Shown here: piece by piece, positions 40,290 to 57,590 of the stretch
Position numbering within the stretch: position 1 is the stretch's first letter
Layout: every line of letters starts with the position of its first letter
Assembly (NCBI GenBank): GCA_040954595.2
Contig: CM082588.2
Location: 1,603,935-1,667,934 of the forward strand
Direction: 5' to 3'
DNA length: 64,000 bases
Source of the DNA: Balanoglossus misakiensis
Taxonomy: Eukaryota; Animalia; Hemichordata
Position numbers and translations under genes: made by a program
Notes under the pieces: model-generated
Told to the model about the DNA's origin: nothing
Databases searched by the model: none
The model's input: the letters and a program-made list of their open reading frames with translations, nothing else

Positions 40290-40517
40290 TGCTAAGTCAG
40301 AATTGCAGTATGATGAAACCGATCGTGTAATTACAGTCGGTAAATCCAACGATCACCTCACTGCACAGATCGCATTGCACGCAGGCAGTGTGTACATGTG
40401 TAGTATATTTAGGTCAAAGGTTATAAACATTCGTGTATAGTCGGAAGTGTTCGGGATATTTCGTGTCAAAATTGGGGCAAGATGGCGGTGACATTTGGCA
40501 AGGTGACTCTTGTCTGA
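40290..40517. promoter_or_regulatory. Bidirectional promoter COQ3/PNISR
   Basis: COQ3 ATG at 40289 (minus) and YY1 motif caagatggcgg at 40478-40488 (plus), followed by a non-coding first exon with donor-like sites near 40617 and 40643; ETS-like cggaagtg at 40442. Confidence 0.6.
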
Positions 40518-40906
40518 AAATGCGTTAATATTTGCCAAAGCCCGAAGACATATCGACGGTCTTGTTTCTAAAAACGAAGATAACATAATAGAGCACCGAT
40601 AGGTTGGTGCTGGTCAAATTTTGACCTCATCGTAAAGGTAAAATTTATAGCTGATTGCTTGAGGTAAGTTATGTCTCCTAAATTACCATAGCTAAAACCA
40701 TGCAACGTTGTAATGTGATCGTGAAGCCACAAATAAATAGCATTTTACGGCGTTTCAGTTTTACAACTAGTCGTTTTAAACTTCAGTGCTTTCTTAGCGA
40801 AAAGTGTGATCACATGTTAATATAGACGGTCTGTGTGTGTGTGGTATATTTACTGTGTTATTGAAGGTTTGCTGCCAGAAATTGACACTAGTGTCAGAAA
40901 TGTACA

Positions 40907-40979
40907 TGTACAACCACAGGCTCTGGAATACTGGAAATCAGGCCCCAGTTAGTCGTATTCCAGAGCCTGTGTGTACAAC
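40907..40979. mobile_element. 57-bp miniature inverted-repeat element, 17-bp perfect TIR, 8-bp TSD (hAT-like)
   Basis: cacaggctctggaatac (40915-40931) and gtattccagagcctgtg (40955-40971); identical tgtacaac at 40907-40914 and 40972-40979. Confidence 0.8.
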
Positions 40980-41136
40980 CACTGATCCGAATTATTGCTT
41001 AAATTAGTTAAATGTCAGGTTAGTTATTAATCCACAAGCTTTCACTTCAGATTGTTCAAAATATTGCGTTAAGCTCTTCCCAGTCTTCATCTTAATTACA
41101 TTCTTTTTTCTTTCTTTCTTTCCAGAGTTAAGCATC

Positions 41137-44100
41137 ATGTGGCAGAATAACCAGTGGCAGGGACAGCAATGGGGTATGGGAATGCAACCAGGCGGCGAAG
41201 GTGGGTTTTTGATTTCTGGATGTGCATGGCTTAATTGTCTCAAATTGCACAAATCATGAAATCGCAGCAACGATGCAGAGGTCTGAGCTGTTCAAGTGTA
41301 AAATGCTTAAAGGTCTATACATACATGTACTTTATATAATCTCTTATAGTTGACTGGGCAGCATTGGCACAACAATGGATTATGGCCAAAGAAGCTCACG
41401 AGAAAGGAGTGGGTGGACCACCACCAATGGGAGAAGGGGCCCCACCAGAAGGGCACCCACCACCACCAAACGGTGCAGAGAATCAGTTCGCTCCACAGGC
41501 AAATGACGTGTCGTTTTGGGCGGCATCGTGGCAGGCGCCCGTAAGCGGTTGGGCAGCAGCAGCTCCAGAGGCAAAGCCAGACACGGCACAACCACAGACG
41601 TTTGACTACGGGCATGGAATACAGGTGATCAATCACAACCATGGCCAACAGCAGCAGCAGCAGCAGCCTGTGGTTCCTCCACAGATTCCCATACAGAGTT
41701 TTGATTACAATCATGGAGCGGTGGACGATGGGAACCAGTACAATTACCATCAGGTTAGTTGCTTTTTGATATGCATTTCATTCTGTGAAGGTTGATTTGG
41801 TTGGTGTTTTAAAACGTGGTCCGCTGTATACCTGTTTGTCTGTGGTATCTGCATCACTGTTGTTGAGGAAATCGGGTACATAAAATGAGATGGTAATATT
41901 GATGGTTTCTTCTACAGTATGGACATGGTGATTACAATGTACAGTGGAGTGGCGATGACAGCAGGGGCAGTGGTGGAGACAGTGCACCCAGAGAATACAG
42001 CAGGGAAAGGAGACATAGATCACCACTGCCACCACCCCCAGAAGCAGAACCAGCACCTGTTTTAGGTAAATCCACTGTCTGTTGTATTTGCCAGTGATTT
42101 TGTTACAGTTCTGCGGTGCTGACTGAACTACAAATCAAATTTCTTTCTTATCCTTCCCTAGACACAGCAAAAAGGAAACTCCTTCCAGCCTGGATTCGTG
42201 AGGGACTTGAAAAGATGGAGAAGGAGAAACAGAAAAGGGTGGAGAAAGACCAGCAAGAGAAGGAAAGGAAGGAAAGATTAGAAGCTCGGAAGAAAGAAGA
42301 GGAGGAGATGATTAACAAGGCAAGGATATCCCAAGGTTTACCACCAAAATCTAAATATGTAAGTAATTCAAATAATCTATTGATTGTGTGATATCCTCTG
42401 AATGATAGAAGCCAGACTCATCACCAGTTGTTTCATCTTTTCTCACCTTATTCTTCTTCAGGATTCAGATGATGGTGAAGATGATGATGATGATGATGAT
42501 GATAAAGAACACGATCATAAGAAGGACGACGCCCATAGTGATAGTGAGCATAGCGACAGAGACAGTGATGGAGAAAACAATTTGAAAAAGTCTCTTTCGG
42601 AGTCTGTGTCGCCAAGGCTACGCAAGAGTAGATTTGAACGGTCACCTTCTCCCGATGAAGAACCAAAAAGCGAACTTGAAAAACAACAAGAACTTGTAAG
42701 TTTTGCCGGGCAGACTAATGACCATATCTTGCAAATTTAGTACATTATATACGTTGAAAAAAAATGTTTTTGTTATTGCATGAATTTTTGGCTCGTTAAA
42801 TATTCGAAATAAGACCAAGCTTACTCACTGTGGCATTGACATTTTGTTTCAAGATGATGAAAACCCGTCGCATGCTTACTGAAATATTACTAGAAGTTAC
42901 GAATGAAGAGGTTGAAGCTGTTGCTGAAGAAGTCTACAAAAAAGCTCTCGAAAGAGGTTAGTTTTATACTGGGTGGAAAATCAGTGGTCATAGTAAAAAA
43001 TAGGAAGCATGATTCCTGCGTTTGATTACATGAAGATGAAAAACCTTTTCAGATCATCTGTATCAAATAAATCAGAAATATGTTGGTGATATTGAAACTG
43101 ATGTTCTTAGAGCAAAGTTAGAAAGAGACTGGTAGACAACAGAGAAATAGAGTCTGTGACTAAGTGTATGAATACATTTGCTTTAAATACTAACAAGGCT
43201 TATTTCATCAGGAAGCTACAGCTGTCAGATTGTCTATGGAATTCGGAAGACGGCCAATCTCCTAGTTGTAACATTTCCCTGGGCTCCCAATGTGCACATG
43301 CCCACACTTCTTGTCTATGTCACAAGTTATTTACCTTTCATTCCTGTTGTGGTATTACAATGCATTAGCACCTGCAAAGCAGCTTGCCCAGTCGAGAGCA
43401 CTGGCTTCTATCACGGGACTGGGTAAGTACTCCGTCTGACTTGTGTAGGGCATTTTGTATGTGTGTGAACGGTCAAAACTGGACGGCCCTCCCACCGAAG
43501 CACAGCCAGGATCTGATTTCATATTTGGGAAACCATGGGAAATAGACACACAACAAGCAGGCAAAGGTTGCTTGTCCAGGCTTTTAAAGATATTTTTCCA
43601 AGTAGCAATTCTTGTCAGTACTTAGTGCCTGTGATTATCAGTGAAGCTAGTCAAGTTAAGACGAGTTAGTGTAGTTGGTAAACAGAGAATTTATGGACAG
43701 AGTCACTGGGCATAATATGACAGCTTAGTTTTGTATATAATATTGTAAGGGATGTTTTGAAAAGAGAATATTTGTTTTTTATCAACAGGTGTAGCTGATT
43801 ATGGATCTGCAAGTGAAGGGGAAGATGCTGAAGATGATTCAGATAGTGATGAGGAATTACAGGAAAGGATCAGACAAAAACAATTAGCGTTTCAAAAGAA
43901 ACAAGAAAGTCTTCAAGGTAGTTTCATTTACTTAAACACCCCCACCCGCCACTAAGATTTGGTTTAGTCCTGTTGTTTGCAGTGGCGTTGGTCGACCCAC
44001 ATGCCAGGGAGCGGGGGTGTTAACCCTGTGAACCTGTCTCCTATGAAAACTGCTGTCAAAGGTCTCCGAAGGTCTGACTTAAAATCCTGTTTCTTTCAGA

Positions 44101-45511
44101 GTCGAGTGATGATGATGAAGAGGAGGAGGAGGAACGAGAAGCTCCCGTGGACAAGAACATAAAATTGGAATCTGCATCTCCAGAAAAGAAACTGTTGTCT
44201 CCCACTAAAGAGCAAAGGTCTTTCTTAAATTTGCCTGAGAACTATGATAAGAATAGCATACCTTTCCTGGAGAGTTCTCTTAAAAGTCCTGATGATAGAG
44301 GGAAATCTGCACGTAAGAGTAGACATGATGAGAAAGGGAAGGGTGGGTATGATTCAGAAAGTAGTAAGAGTGGGTCATCATCGACACGTTCAAGGAGTTA
44401 TAGTCGGTCACGGAGCAGAAGTCGGGGGAGGGATAGGTCTTTGAGTAAGGATAGGGGGAAGTCTAGGAAAAGTGGTAGGGCCAGGTCACATGAGCGTGGT
44501 TACGAGAAACAGAGTAAAAGGAAAAGAAGCAGAAGTCGAGATAGGTATGATAAGAAAGATAGACATGGTGACAGGAGTCGAGAGAAGGATAGACGTCGTG
44601 ACCGCAGTCGGGAAAGAAGTCGACGTGGTGAGAGGGGTCGGGAGAGAGATCGCTACGGTAGAGGTAGGGAGAGAGACAGCAGTGAAAGTAGTGAGAGTTC
44701 AGACTCGCAGTCGAGATCAAAGAAACGTCGACACAGCAGTAGGTATTCACGCTCAAAGAGCAGGTCACCTAGGAGAGACTCGTATAAATCATCGCGGCGT
44801 GGTCGCAGCAGGTCACGTTCGCCGAGTTCCAAGAAAAAGAAAAAGAGTAAAAGAGATAAGCGTCGCAGCCCCAGCAGCTCAGATTCCGGTAGTAGGTCTT
44901 CCTCCCAGGAAAAGACTCCCAAGGGAAGTCGATCCCAAGACAGAGACTCGGATAGTTCCTCCTCCAAAGCCAGACGTGAGAAGTCCAAGAAAAGCCGGAA
45001 AAGGAGTCGGTCAAGGTCACCGAAATATTCAAGACGTTCAAGCAGGAAGTCTGATTATTATTCACGCGAGAGTTCGTTGGACCGATCGCACGGCAGCAGG
45101 TCTGGTAAGAAGTCGAGTCGCAAACGCAAGTCTAGATCCCGATCAAGGTGGCTATTTTCTTTATTGTTTTCTTTCAATGACTCTTTGCTTTCTTTCAGCA
45201 GATTCTACAAGTGTTGGATGAAAAAAATCTTAAATATTTTGTGTTGACAATGATGGCAGTGGTGATGATGTATCAAATTTTGGAGAAAATCGAATGATGA
45301 TAAGTCGACGTGTGTGTGTTGCGCATAATGTTGGGCAAGATGAAGGGTTAAATACAAGTACATGGCCCTGTTCACCATTATCACTGTTGTTAGCCTTGGC
45401 TTTATTCAGAGTGTTTATGTTGTTTTATGTAGAAATCGTACGCTTGTTTTCTATGGAATCGTACACTTGCCTTGCAGGTCGGTGACACCAAGAGACTTCC
45501 GAGAATACTAG
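41137..45511 (+). CDS. PNISR: Arginine/serine-rich protein PNISR (SFRS18), ~804 aa; exons 41137-41200, 41350-41753, 41918-42065, 42162-42358, 42462-42695, 42854-42956, 43369-43422, 43789-43917, 44100-45147, 45478-45511
   Basis: VDWAALAQQWI, FDYNHG, KRKLLPAWIREGLEKME, MLTEILLEVTNEE, APAKQLAQS.ALAS.TGLG and SDEEL.ERIRQKQ.AF match PNISR; long C-terminal RS domain; 2415 nt in frame. The last small exon is less certain. Confidence 0.93.
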
Positions 45512-48500
45512 TGAAGAACAAGATGGGGTCGCGTCTGAGTTGTACAAGTATATCTCTATTTCCCCCAGTTTTCAGTCACATTTGATTGAGTTTACTACAC
45601 AAATCGACGAACACTCCACACAATGTTGCTGACAAAGTATGACAACAGAATCTGCAATTCAATGTTTTAGGTGGATTGTAGCATAAGGTCATAGTTTTAC
45701 TCAAAAAGGAGGTAAAAAAAGGTACACTGAACCCCTCGCCTACAGTTATTCAAACTGCATGTAAATAAACAAAGCACAGTCAAGGTCTCGTAAGAAAGGT
45801 GCATATACACTGCATTCATTTTGCCCTTTGTCATCACAATGCAATCACAATCTCTCATTTCACTTAAATGCTTATGAAACAGTATTTGGGTCTCATTCCT
45901 GGTAGGAAAAAGTATGGCCAGTATTTTGTTTTCTGTGCGTCTTTCAACAGAATATTTCCTTCACCCAACTATTTCAAGCCATCTTCCCTTAGGTATTAAT
46001 TTAGAATATCACAAAATCCTTCCAGTGACTATCTAAAATACACATTTTTGGCATTTAAAGTTAGACTTCCCAGAAATGTGCAAAATCCCTCGCAAGAAAG
46101 GTTCATGAATTCCCAGGCTTCTGAACAGTCGCCTAAGTGTAGGCAAACGCAACAGATGTTGGTGCTATTCTGTGTAAAATGACTTGCTGCAGCAGGTTGC
46201 AGAAATGCGTTTTATATGAAACTTCCGTGGGGATTGAAGTTGAATAGATTTTAACGTCCTGGTGGCAAGGCTGGACCTCTGTAAACTTTGAGGGGATACT
46301 TAAATTATTTTGACAATTGTGTGTGACATATTAGATGCTTGCCAATGATTGTGTCTACTGCAGTCCCAAGTCAGTGTGCACCCAGTACTAGAACATCCAA
46401 CTTAAATTATTCTTAGGTTGATTTTGTGGGCTTGTCCTTCGCGAATGTAACGCATCCCATTAGATCACCATTTTCAGGGATTTTCTTAAAACCTGCATGC
46501 AGCATTCATATTTATGTTGACTGTTCTGCTAGTTTCATCCCATCTAAGCATGCATGTATCTGCATATCGACATCTCACAAAACGCGCCGTAAAACCACTC
46601 TGCTAATCGTTACAAACATACCTAAATGCATCCTGTAGACTAGAATCCCACTTAGGTAAAAGGACAGCTTTAGAAAGGTTTTGAATTAAGTGGCACCTCA
46701 TCCGTCTTTCTAATAAAATCGCCCCATGCTTCTCAAACTGGTCTGTGCAAGAACCATGGCTTGCAAAGTAAATCTCTCGGCATTTGCATTCCCCCCTCCC
46801 CTGGCCCGAAAATCTCAATCAATTAGAAATTATGAAGCAGCTATTTGAAAGTAGGCAGATAGGTATTTGTTGTACTGTATTTTGTTATGTCGATGAATTT
46901 ATTAAATAATATAGCTGAAGTACATAAGTGATTGATTGTGCTTTTCTTGAGACGTGTGTGTGTGTGTAAGGTGTTTGAATGTGTGCATTTTGGGTTCTTG
47001 TATTCACTTGAAATATTCTGGCGAAGAATGGCCATTTCTCGGAACAGCGACTATTTTATCTCATTGACTGTATCTTCATGTTAAAATACTAGCGTTTTAT
47101 AATCAAATACCTAGCATACAGTATTTGGAAAATCACGTTAAATTTATCAGAAAGCATAAAGTTGTGAAACTGGCAAACATCCAGGTTCATGATGTTTTTA
47201 TTGACATAGCGATGGCGTGCTGTATGAATGATATTTTCAGATAAATTGTTGCCAAGTTTATTCCTTGACAGGCTGGCTATGTCGCTGGTTTTACTTTGAC
47301 CACGTGGGGGCGCTGTCCACCAGACAAAGCTGTCAACTCCCAGGATGCAATGCTTTATCTCTGGTTGATGCATGATGATCCTCAACACTGAAGTCTGAAC
47401 TCTAATTATTTGTACCAACAAATGTGGACACAACACATATTGGCTGTGTTGACAAGTACTTGGCCACAGACAGCACTGGACCAGATAGTCTTGGGGTAGG
47501 ATACTTTCCTATGCTCTGAACACACATGAACTTCAAGCCAAGAATTAAACTTCACTGATAATGTCATCATAGGCGACCAAGGAGTTAACCCTGATTATCA
47601 CACACAGGATTCCCATGTCTTAATTTCATTTTATTGTATAATTCCAAAAAATGCCATTTGGGGTGGGGACATGATAGAAGCTGCCTGCTTTCACATGTTG
47701 GTGCACTTTGAAAGAATTATCTATAAAAATAGAATTTTACAACATTGTACTGAAAACACTGACAACTGCTTTCACATTTATGTTTTAAAACTGTTATAGA
47801 TCCTTAAGAAACATAAAATTTAATACAAATCAATTCCAATCTACAAAAAAACTGCACAATTTCACGGCAAGATATTGTATAGACTACTCAGGTTTCCTTG
47901 GTAAGAAATGTACAATATTTACTACAGTATATAATTCCTTAAAAGCATGAACACAGTAGCCTATTTCAGAAAAAGCTAAAATTATTTACGGAAAGAAAAA
48001 GGTTGTATACAGTTAGAAATGCAGACTACACCACCACCTGACCAAGGGTTGCAGAAATTTTCTTAAACTTGTGCGATAATAGGTAAATGAAAGCAGGACA
48101 GAAATTTGACATACATGTACAACTTTTCACAATTCCAAGATGATTGTCTAAAAAGCACACATTATATTGTAGTGGAAGACATATATTTTCATCAGCAAAC
48201 ACAAGTTTTCAAGTGCATCACCAGTCATGCTTGAAGGGCCGTTTACACTCCGAGTGTTCTTAGGTAGCCGTAATAACCAAACCCATATATCTCCTGTCAG
48301 ACCCCCCATCCCCGAAACATATTCTCCAACATATCATAACTTGTCAATATTAAAATATTTGCATGATTCCCAATGTCATGGCAAGTCACTTCATTTAAAA
48401 AGTTACATACAATATACTTGTGTAAATATATTACGTATACAGTGCAAAACATAATGAGGTATCTGGATAATAGCCATTAAATTAAATGTTAAAATGCTGT

Positions 48501-50074
48501 ATGCCACATAATAAAGTACAACATCAATATTAAAAGGTCCTTTTACTATAACGTACTGAAAATACATTCAGATCTAGTACAATAAAAATCTATTAAACGC
48601 CATTTGTTTTTAATAGGTGCCATCTTTAAATTACCAAAAATCAACATAGGTGTTTTTCTGGTATACAATTGTTGAATCTTAGTTACAAAACTTGATTTCA
48701 TAGAAGGTCTAAAAAGTTTCCTGTTAGTGCTCTACCTTATCTATATACGATTACGTGTTCTTGTCCGTTAGATTTAAAATTCTTTGAAGTCCTGTATTTA
48801 CCAGAGTAAGTACAATGTATTGAAATCCTAAGTGAAATAATACATAAACCAGTCTCTGTTCAGATGCCTGCTTGGTCAGATTAAATTCAGCAACTATGGC
48901 ATCACAAGTTAAAACAGTATTTCACTGAAATCTTTTCTTACATTTCATCTCAGACAAAGAAGAGAAAAAACAAGTCTGTAAATATTTCAGTCATGAATTG
49001 TAATTCTGTAGCATTGATTGCACATGAATTAGAATACACAAAATTGTAAAACTTTTTTTTCTTCATTCTGTTAAGATTTGCCCGGCTATTATATTTAAGT
49101 TTTTTTTTCCTTAGAAAGGATAATGCTTTCTTTATCTCTAATGACATCTGCTTTCATGGAAGACAAAGACTTCATATTTACATTGACACAACATTACAAG
49201 CCGACAAGGGTACAATATTGCACTATTTGTAAACATCATTGACCTATGTACAAAGACTATAACTGTAAATTTATTACAATCACAATGTACACAAAAATAC
49301 TTGCAACCATAACCATTTAGATTCTTATCCACTCAGATCATCCTAATTTGGTAGGAATCACTACAGGTACAAATGTGACCAATAATAAGATGCCATTTTA
49401 TGGACCATGTCAGTGGGTATTGTGGGTTTAAGAAACACAAATTTTTATCTTTTTTTATTGAAGTATTTTTTCCTGTATAAATAACACTGACTTTATATGA
49501 ATTCTGGAAAAATATATTCGGCCAACTGCTTCGGTTAGTAGCTGAAAACAAGTTACACAGACTATTCTAAATGGCTGGTGGTTCGATCGAAGTTACACTA
49601 CAGCCAAGCCTCTGTATGTCAAACAATGAAAGATCAAGCAGCTATTTCTGAGAAGGTCAAAGGATGTAAGTACATGTAGTCTCTTATCATTTTCACTAGG
49701 TATGCATCCATTCACCGTTTGTCAGTACTTGCTTCGTGATTCTGTTTCTGTTGCGAGTTTAATACAGCAATGGCAAGATATACAGGTAACACCCCACAGA
49801 GCTTAAAGATCACTTTTTACAAGGAGTTGAAGAAAATTCATTTTCTTCTATATCAAGTTCAAATTGTGTACTTTGTTGTGAAAACAGTGATAGCCGATAT
49901 ATGGAACAGTCTCGGCGTCTGTTTAAGGTCAGTTGCCACCACTGCAGGATGGAAATTTTGTCGTATGAATCTCACACAAGCCTCTTAAGTTTTCTGTTTC
50001 TTGTTGTTACAAGACTTGGTAGAAACACAAGCCATAGTACTGAGGAATGGATTGGCATGGTGTGATGTGATTGG

Positions 50075-53664
<3,590 letters not shown>

Positions 53665-53673
<9 letters not shown>

Positions 53674-53936
53674 CTTCCTTTTTGTGACCTTTGACATGTC
53701 ATTACATTGTTACATATGGGTTTAGTGTTTCAACTTTTAACACGAAGTTTTTATCTTCAGTTTTATCAGAGAACCAACAGATAATTAACCGAAGGTGAAA
53801 ATAGATCATACGTGATATTATTGTGAATCGAACATTTAAAATGAATAAAAAATATGTAGTTTGACCGGCCACAAACGTGAGTATCACACTGATGGTCGCG
53901 TGATGGCGCACTTTACTTATCAATAAAATGGCGACC
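53665..53936. promoter_or_regulatory. Bidirectional promoter KIAA0930/DNAJC8
   Basis: The ATGs are 254 bp apart, head-to-head; both starts sit in YY1/TISU-like context (gaagATGGCGGC minus; taaaATGGCGAC plus). Confidence 0.75.
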
Positions 53937-56262
53937 CCCAGTGTAACTGAGGAGTCGAAAGCAGTTCCTCCTGCTTCGACAGAAACAACAGAAAAACCCG
54001 CAAGAGAAGGAGTTTTCAAACGGTTTATGTCAGAGGTGGGTTATTCACCGAAGTATTCAATGAATTTTGACTCGCCACAGCCACCATCTTCATCATATGA
54101 AACTGCTTTTGAGCGTCCCTGCTAACCCTGCTATCAATCCGTGCTTTGTTTATTTTCGTTTGATTTGACCATAGGCACTGTAGGCAGATGTGTAAGACAC
54201 AAATCCCTGCCACACAGGGCTAGTCTTATAGCAATCACAGGGCCCTTATACTAGTACTGAACAGTTGTACATATAGTTCAATGGGGTATATTTAATCAGT
54301 ATGTTTTACCATACTTTATCCACTAATGATATAAAGGTGTGATAAAAGTTATTAATAACAATAATATTATACACAGGTGAAAGAAATTGAGGAGAGAGAT
54401 TCTGTGCTTACATCCAAACAACAGATTGATAGATTACTTCGACCAGGCTCGACATATTTTAATCTAAATCCCTTTGAGGTAAGTTGAGAGATTTCCTTTG
54501 CCACAAAGACGTTTTACTTTTATTAATAATGACTTCTCTTGATCATCATTGTATACTATTGTGTTATCTCATTGTAATATCACGGACCAATTCATCAATC
54601 TAAATTCTCTCTTTATATTGTAGGTTTTGCGGGTTGACCCATCAATAAGTCGAGATGACATCAAAAAACAGTACAGAAAGGTATAACATCTCATCTTATT
54701 TTCTTTTAATGTACGATTTCTGTATAGCGCTTACAATGAGTTTCTTATGATGAACACCACGGAATGAATTGCAAATTTCTATTTATATATATGACTTTAC
54801 TTAATACATTCGGTATACATGTCTTCTCATTTTTCATCAGCTGTCAATCTTAGTCCATCCAGATAAAAATATTGAGGACAAAGACAGAGCACAACAAGCA
54901 TTTGAAGGTCAGTGTAGTATCTCTCTTTCTCTTCCCCCATCTACCACACTCTACCCCCTTCTCTTCTTTGAGAAAGGACTGAATTCTGATCACCTGTTAA
55001 AGTGAGAGTAAAGCTGCATGTTGTAATTTAAACTGCCTGTTAAAACATTTGGTGCAGTATCCAAAATGTTTCAGGAAGACTGACATGATTGTGTGTTACA
55101 TGTGCCTTTGATGTTGTTGATGTGCGTAATGAAATACACATCTAATCAATTTCAGCACTTTCAAAAGCGTGGCAGACGATACAGGATGATAAACTCTATA
55201 AAAGATGTCAAGAGATCATTAAGGAAGCACATGAGAAAACAGACTTCATGGTAAATGACTTATTTCATAATGGATTTCCATAGTATGTCTTTTCAAGGTG
55301 TACTGATACATGTATGTACCTTATGGCCATTCATATTATTCAAAACACTGCGAGATTGCAGTTGTGTAGCCAGATTTGGTCCTAGACTCTCACAGCCCCT
55401 CTCAACACCAACAGACTTATGACAAGTTATGAATTCTTTTTGGAACTTAGATTGCAGAAAAGAGGAAGAAGTTGAAGAAGGAAGGTCAGCCTACAGTTGT
55501 AGATGAAGATGATCCAGAAAAGGTGAGACTGGTTGAATCTTTCTCATCAAATGTCTAATTGGTTGTCTGAACAGTTGTAGCATCAGGTTTATTTCCAACG
55601 TATGTAGTTATTCAATAAAATGACTACTTGCTTTTGTCATTTTGCCAGCTAAAGCATGCAATATGGGTGCAGACATGTAAGCTATTTGCTGATCTGGAAA
55701 GACAACGGAGACAGCTTGAAGAGAGAGAAATGCAAGAGAGGTAGGTTGTGTAGATAGATGAAATTTTCATTCAAGATTGCCTGGTATTATGTACTATATA
55801 TGTATATATATACTACATATGTATCAGGTTAATGTACATGTTAATTGCACAGGAACTGTAACAAATTGGCTACTATATACAGGTGGCTGCTAACACAGGA
55901 GTGACTGTTACAAAACTCACAAAAACATCATTTTCACCCTCAGGAAAAGACAACGTGAAGAGGAGATCGTGGTGGAGGAAAAAGCAAAACGTGAAACAGA
56001 ATGGCAACAAAAATGGGAGGTATGTTACTTTGTAGCAATATCAGCTGTTTTCTGTTCACCTATATACATTGATTTCCTTTGTGCCAAAAGTTTTAAATTA
56101 AGACGCTTAATTTTAAAAGTGCATATTTTTAATTTTCAGGATACCAGGGATGAGAGAGTGGATAGCTGGAGAAATTGGTCGGCTGGGAGTTCATCAAAGA
56201 AAAAGAAGAAGGTCAAGAAGGCTGGATTCAAACCACCTAAACACAAAGCAGAAACAAGATGA
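53928..56262 (+). CDS. DNAJC8: DnaJ homolog subfamily C member 8, ~263 aa; exons 53928-54035, 54377-54478, 54624-54680, 54841-54907, 55156-55250, 55451-55522, 55649-55740, 55944-56019, 56140-56262
   Basis: FMSEVKEIE.RDSVLTSKQQIDRLLRPGSTYFNLNPFEVL, J-domain LSILVHPDKN, KLFADLE, RDERVDSWRNW and FKPPKHKAETR; 792 nt in frame. Confidence 0.96.
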
Positions 56263-57590
56263 AAAAAAACCCAGAAAAAAAAACCTGACACCATCCAAGG
56301 AATGAATTCAAAACTTTTCATGGGTGCAAAACAATGAACAGCCATGGTATGTAAAACACCATCTGGAGGTATATGTTTCTTACTGTGAATTCACACCTAT
56401 TATTTTCCCAGAATTACATATACCGGTACATACACACGCACACACTCACACGTTTTGTTATATATATTTCAGGCATTCATGTGTATTTGCTGAACTGCTG
56501 TACCGTAACATCTTCAACTTGTGTTTTCCATACAACACTACAATACAAGTCAATGTCTTTTAGATATAAGGAAACTCTTTGTCTTTCTTCATACCTTAAA
56601 AGATATGATTCTAGTCATCAATTCTAGCTGTTATTTTTCCTGATCTGTGCTTGTAAATTGGTGTTACTGTTACACTTAGTAATAACTCTTTTTATTATTA
56701 TTTTCTAGTCAAGTTGCATCTGTGATTTTTTTTGTGTGGAAGAAAGTACATTCGTCTATTTTGTTTTGCACAACAAGAGCTGTAAAGGGTTAAGACAGGG
56801 ATCAAAGATTGGTAGCCAAAAGCCCTTTGTGGTCTAGTATCATACACAGTTGAAATTTCTTAACTCTACCGGTTTGTTTCTGAAAGAGTATAGGAAACTT
56901 ACAGTAAGAGGGGGTACCATCACTCAAGCGATAAGTGAAAGTAAATAATTCCACGATTTTCATTTCATTATTTTATTAACAAAAAATTCCAAGGTAACCT
57001 TCCCCTTTAAGTGGCTGAAGAAAAGAACCTCAGTAAAATTTAAAGGCTGTGGTTCTGGGCTCTGGCCCAACAAACACACTGGATTTCATTGGTTTCTTAA
57101 AGACAGTGCATTACATGGCAAAGAAAGTTTCAGTACATGTACAACAGGGTCGTCCCCAGTGATATTTGCAAAAGAATACAATGAGCATGTGTGGTTGATC
57201 TTTGCTAAGGATTTCCAATCAATTTTTTCTGCTCATCAATGATTTGGATTGTAACTGCCAAGGAACTGCATCTTCACTGAAGGAGCCTTGCCCATTCTCA
57301 TGTCAAATGTACAGATTTTAACTTTTTTCATTTTATGTCACTTTGTACAATAAAGTCATAGTATTTCATGAAGATTTCTGTGATACTCTGTGTCTGCCTG
57401 TACAGTGTCCTGGATGCATGTGTCGATGAAATTGGTTCAGGCATGGGTGAGTATTGCTCTGGTTCCTCCATCGACAGACAAGACAAAGCTTGGTATATGT
57501 CCTCCCGGACTTTGTCCCCACAAGGACTAACCAAAGACTCCATGAGCTGCTTTGGATATTTGTGGATCAGCTGCAGTTTCCATCCAGTCT

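Noticed and set aside
44244-45221. Overlapping long ORFs in other frames of the PNISR RS exon
   Set aside because: Expected from low-complexity Arg/Ser codon usage, which lacks stops in alternate frames.
54681-54840. Possible U12 intron in DNAJC8 (donor GTATAACA)
   Set aside because: It lacks the TCCTT core and a clear CCTTRAC branch box; at most a converted remnant.
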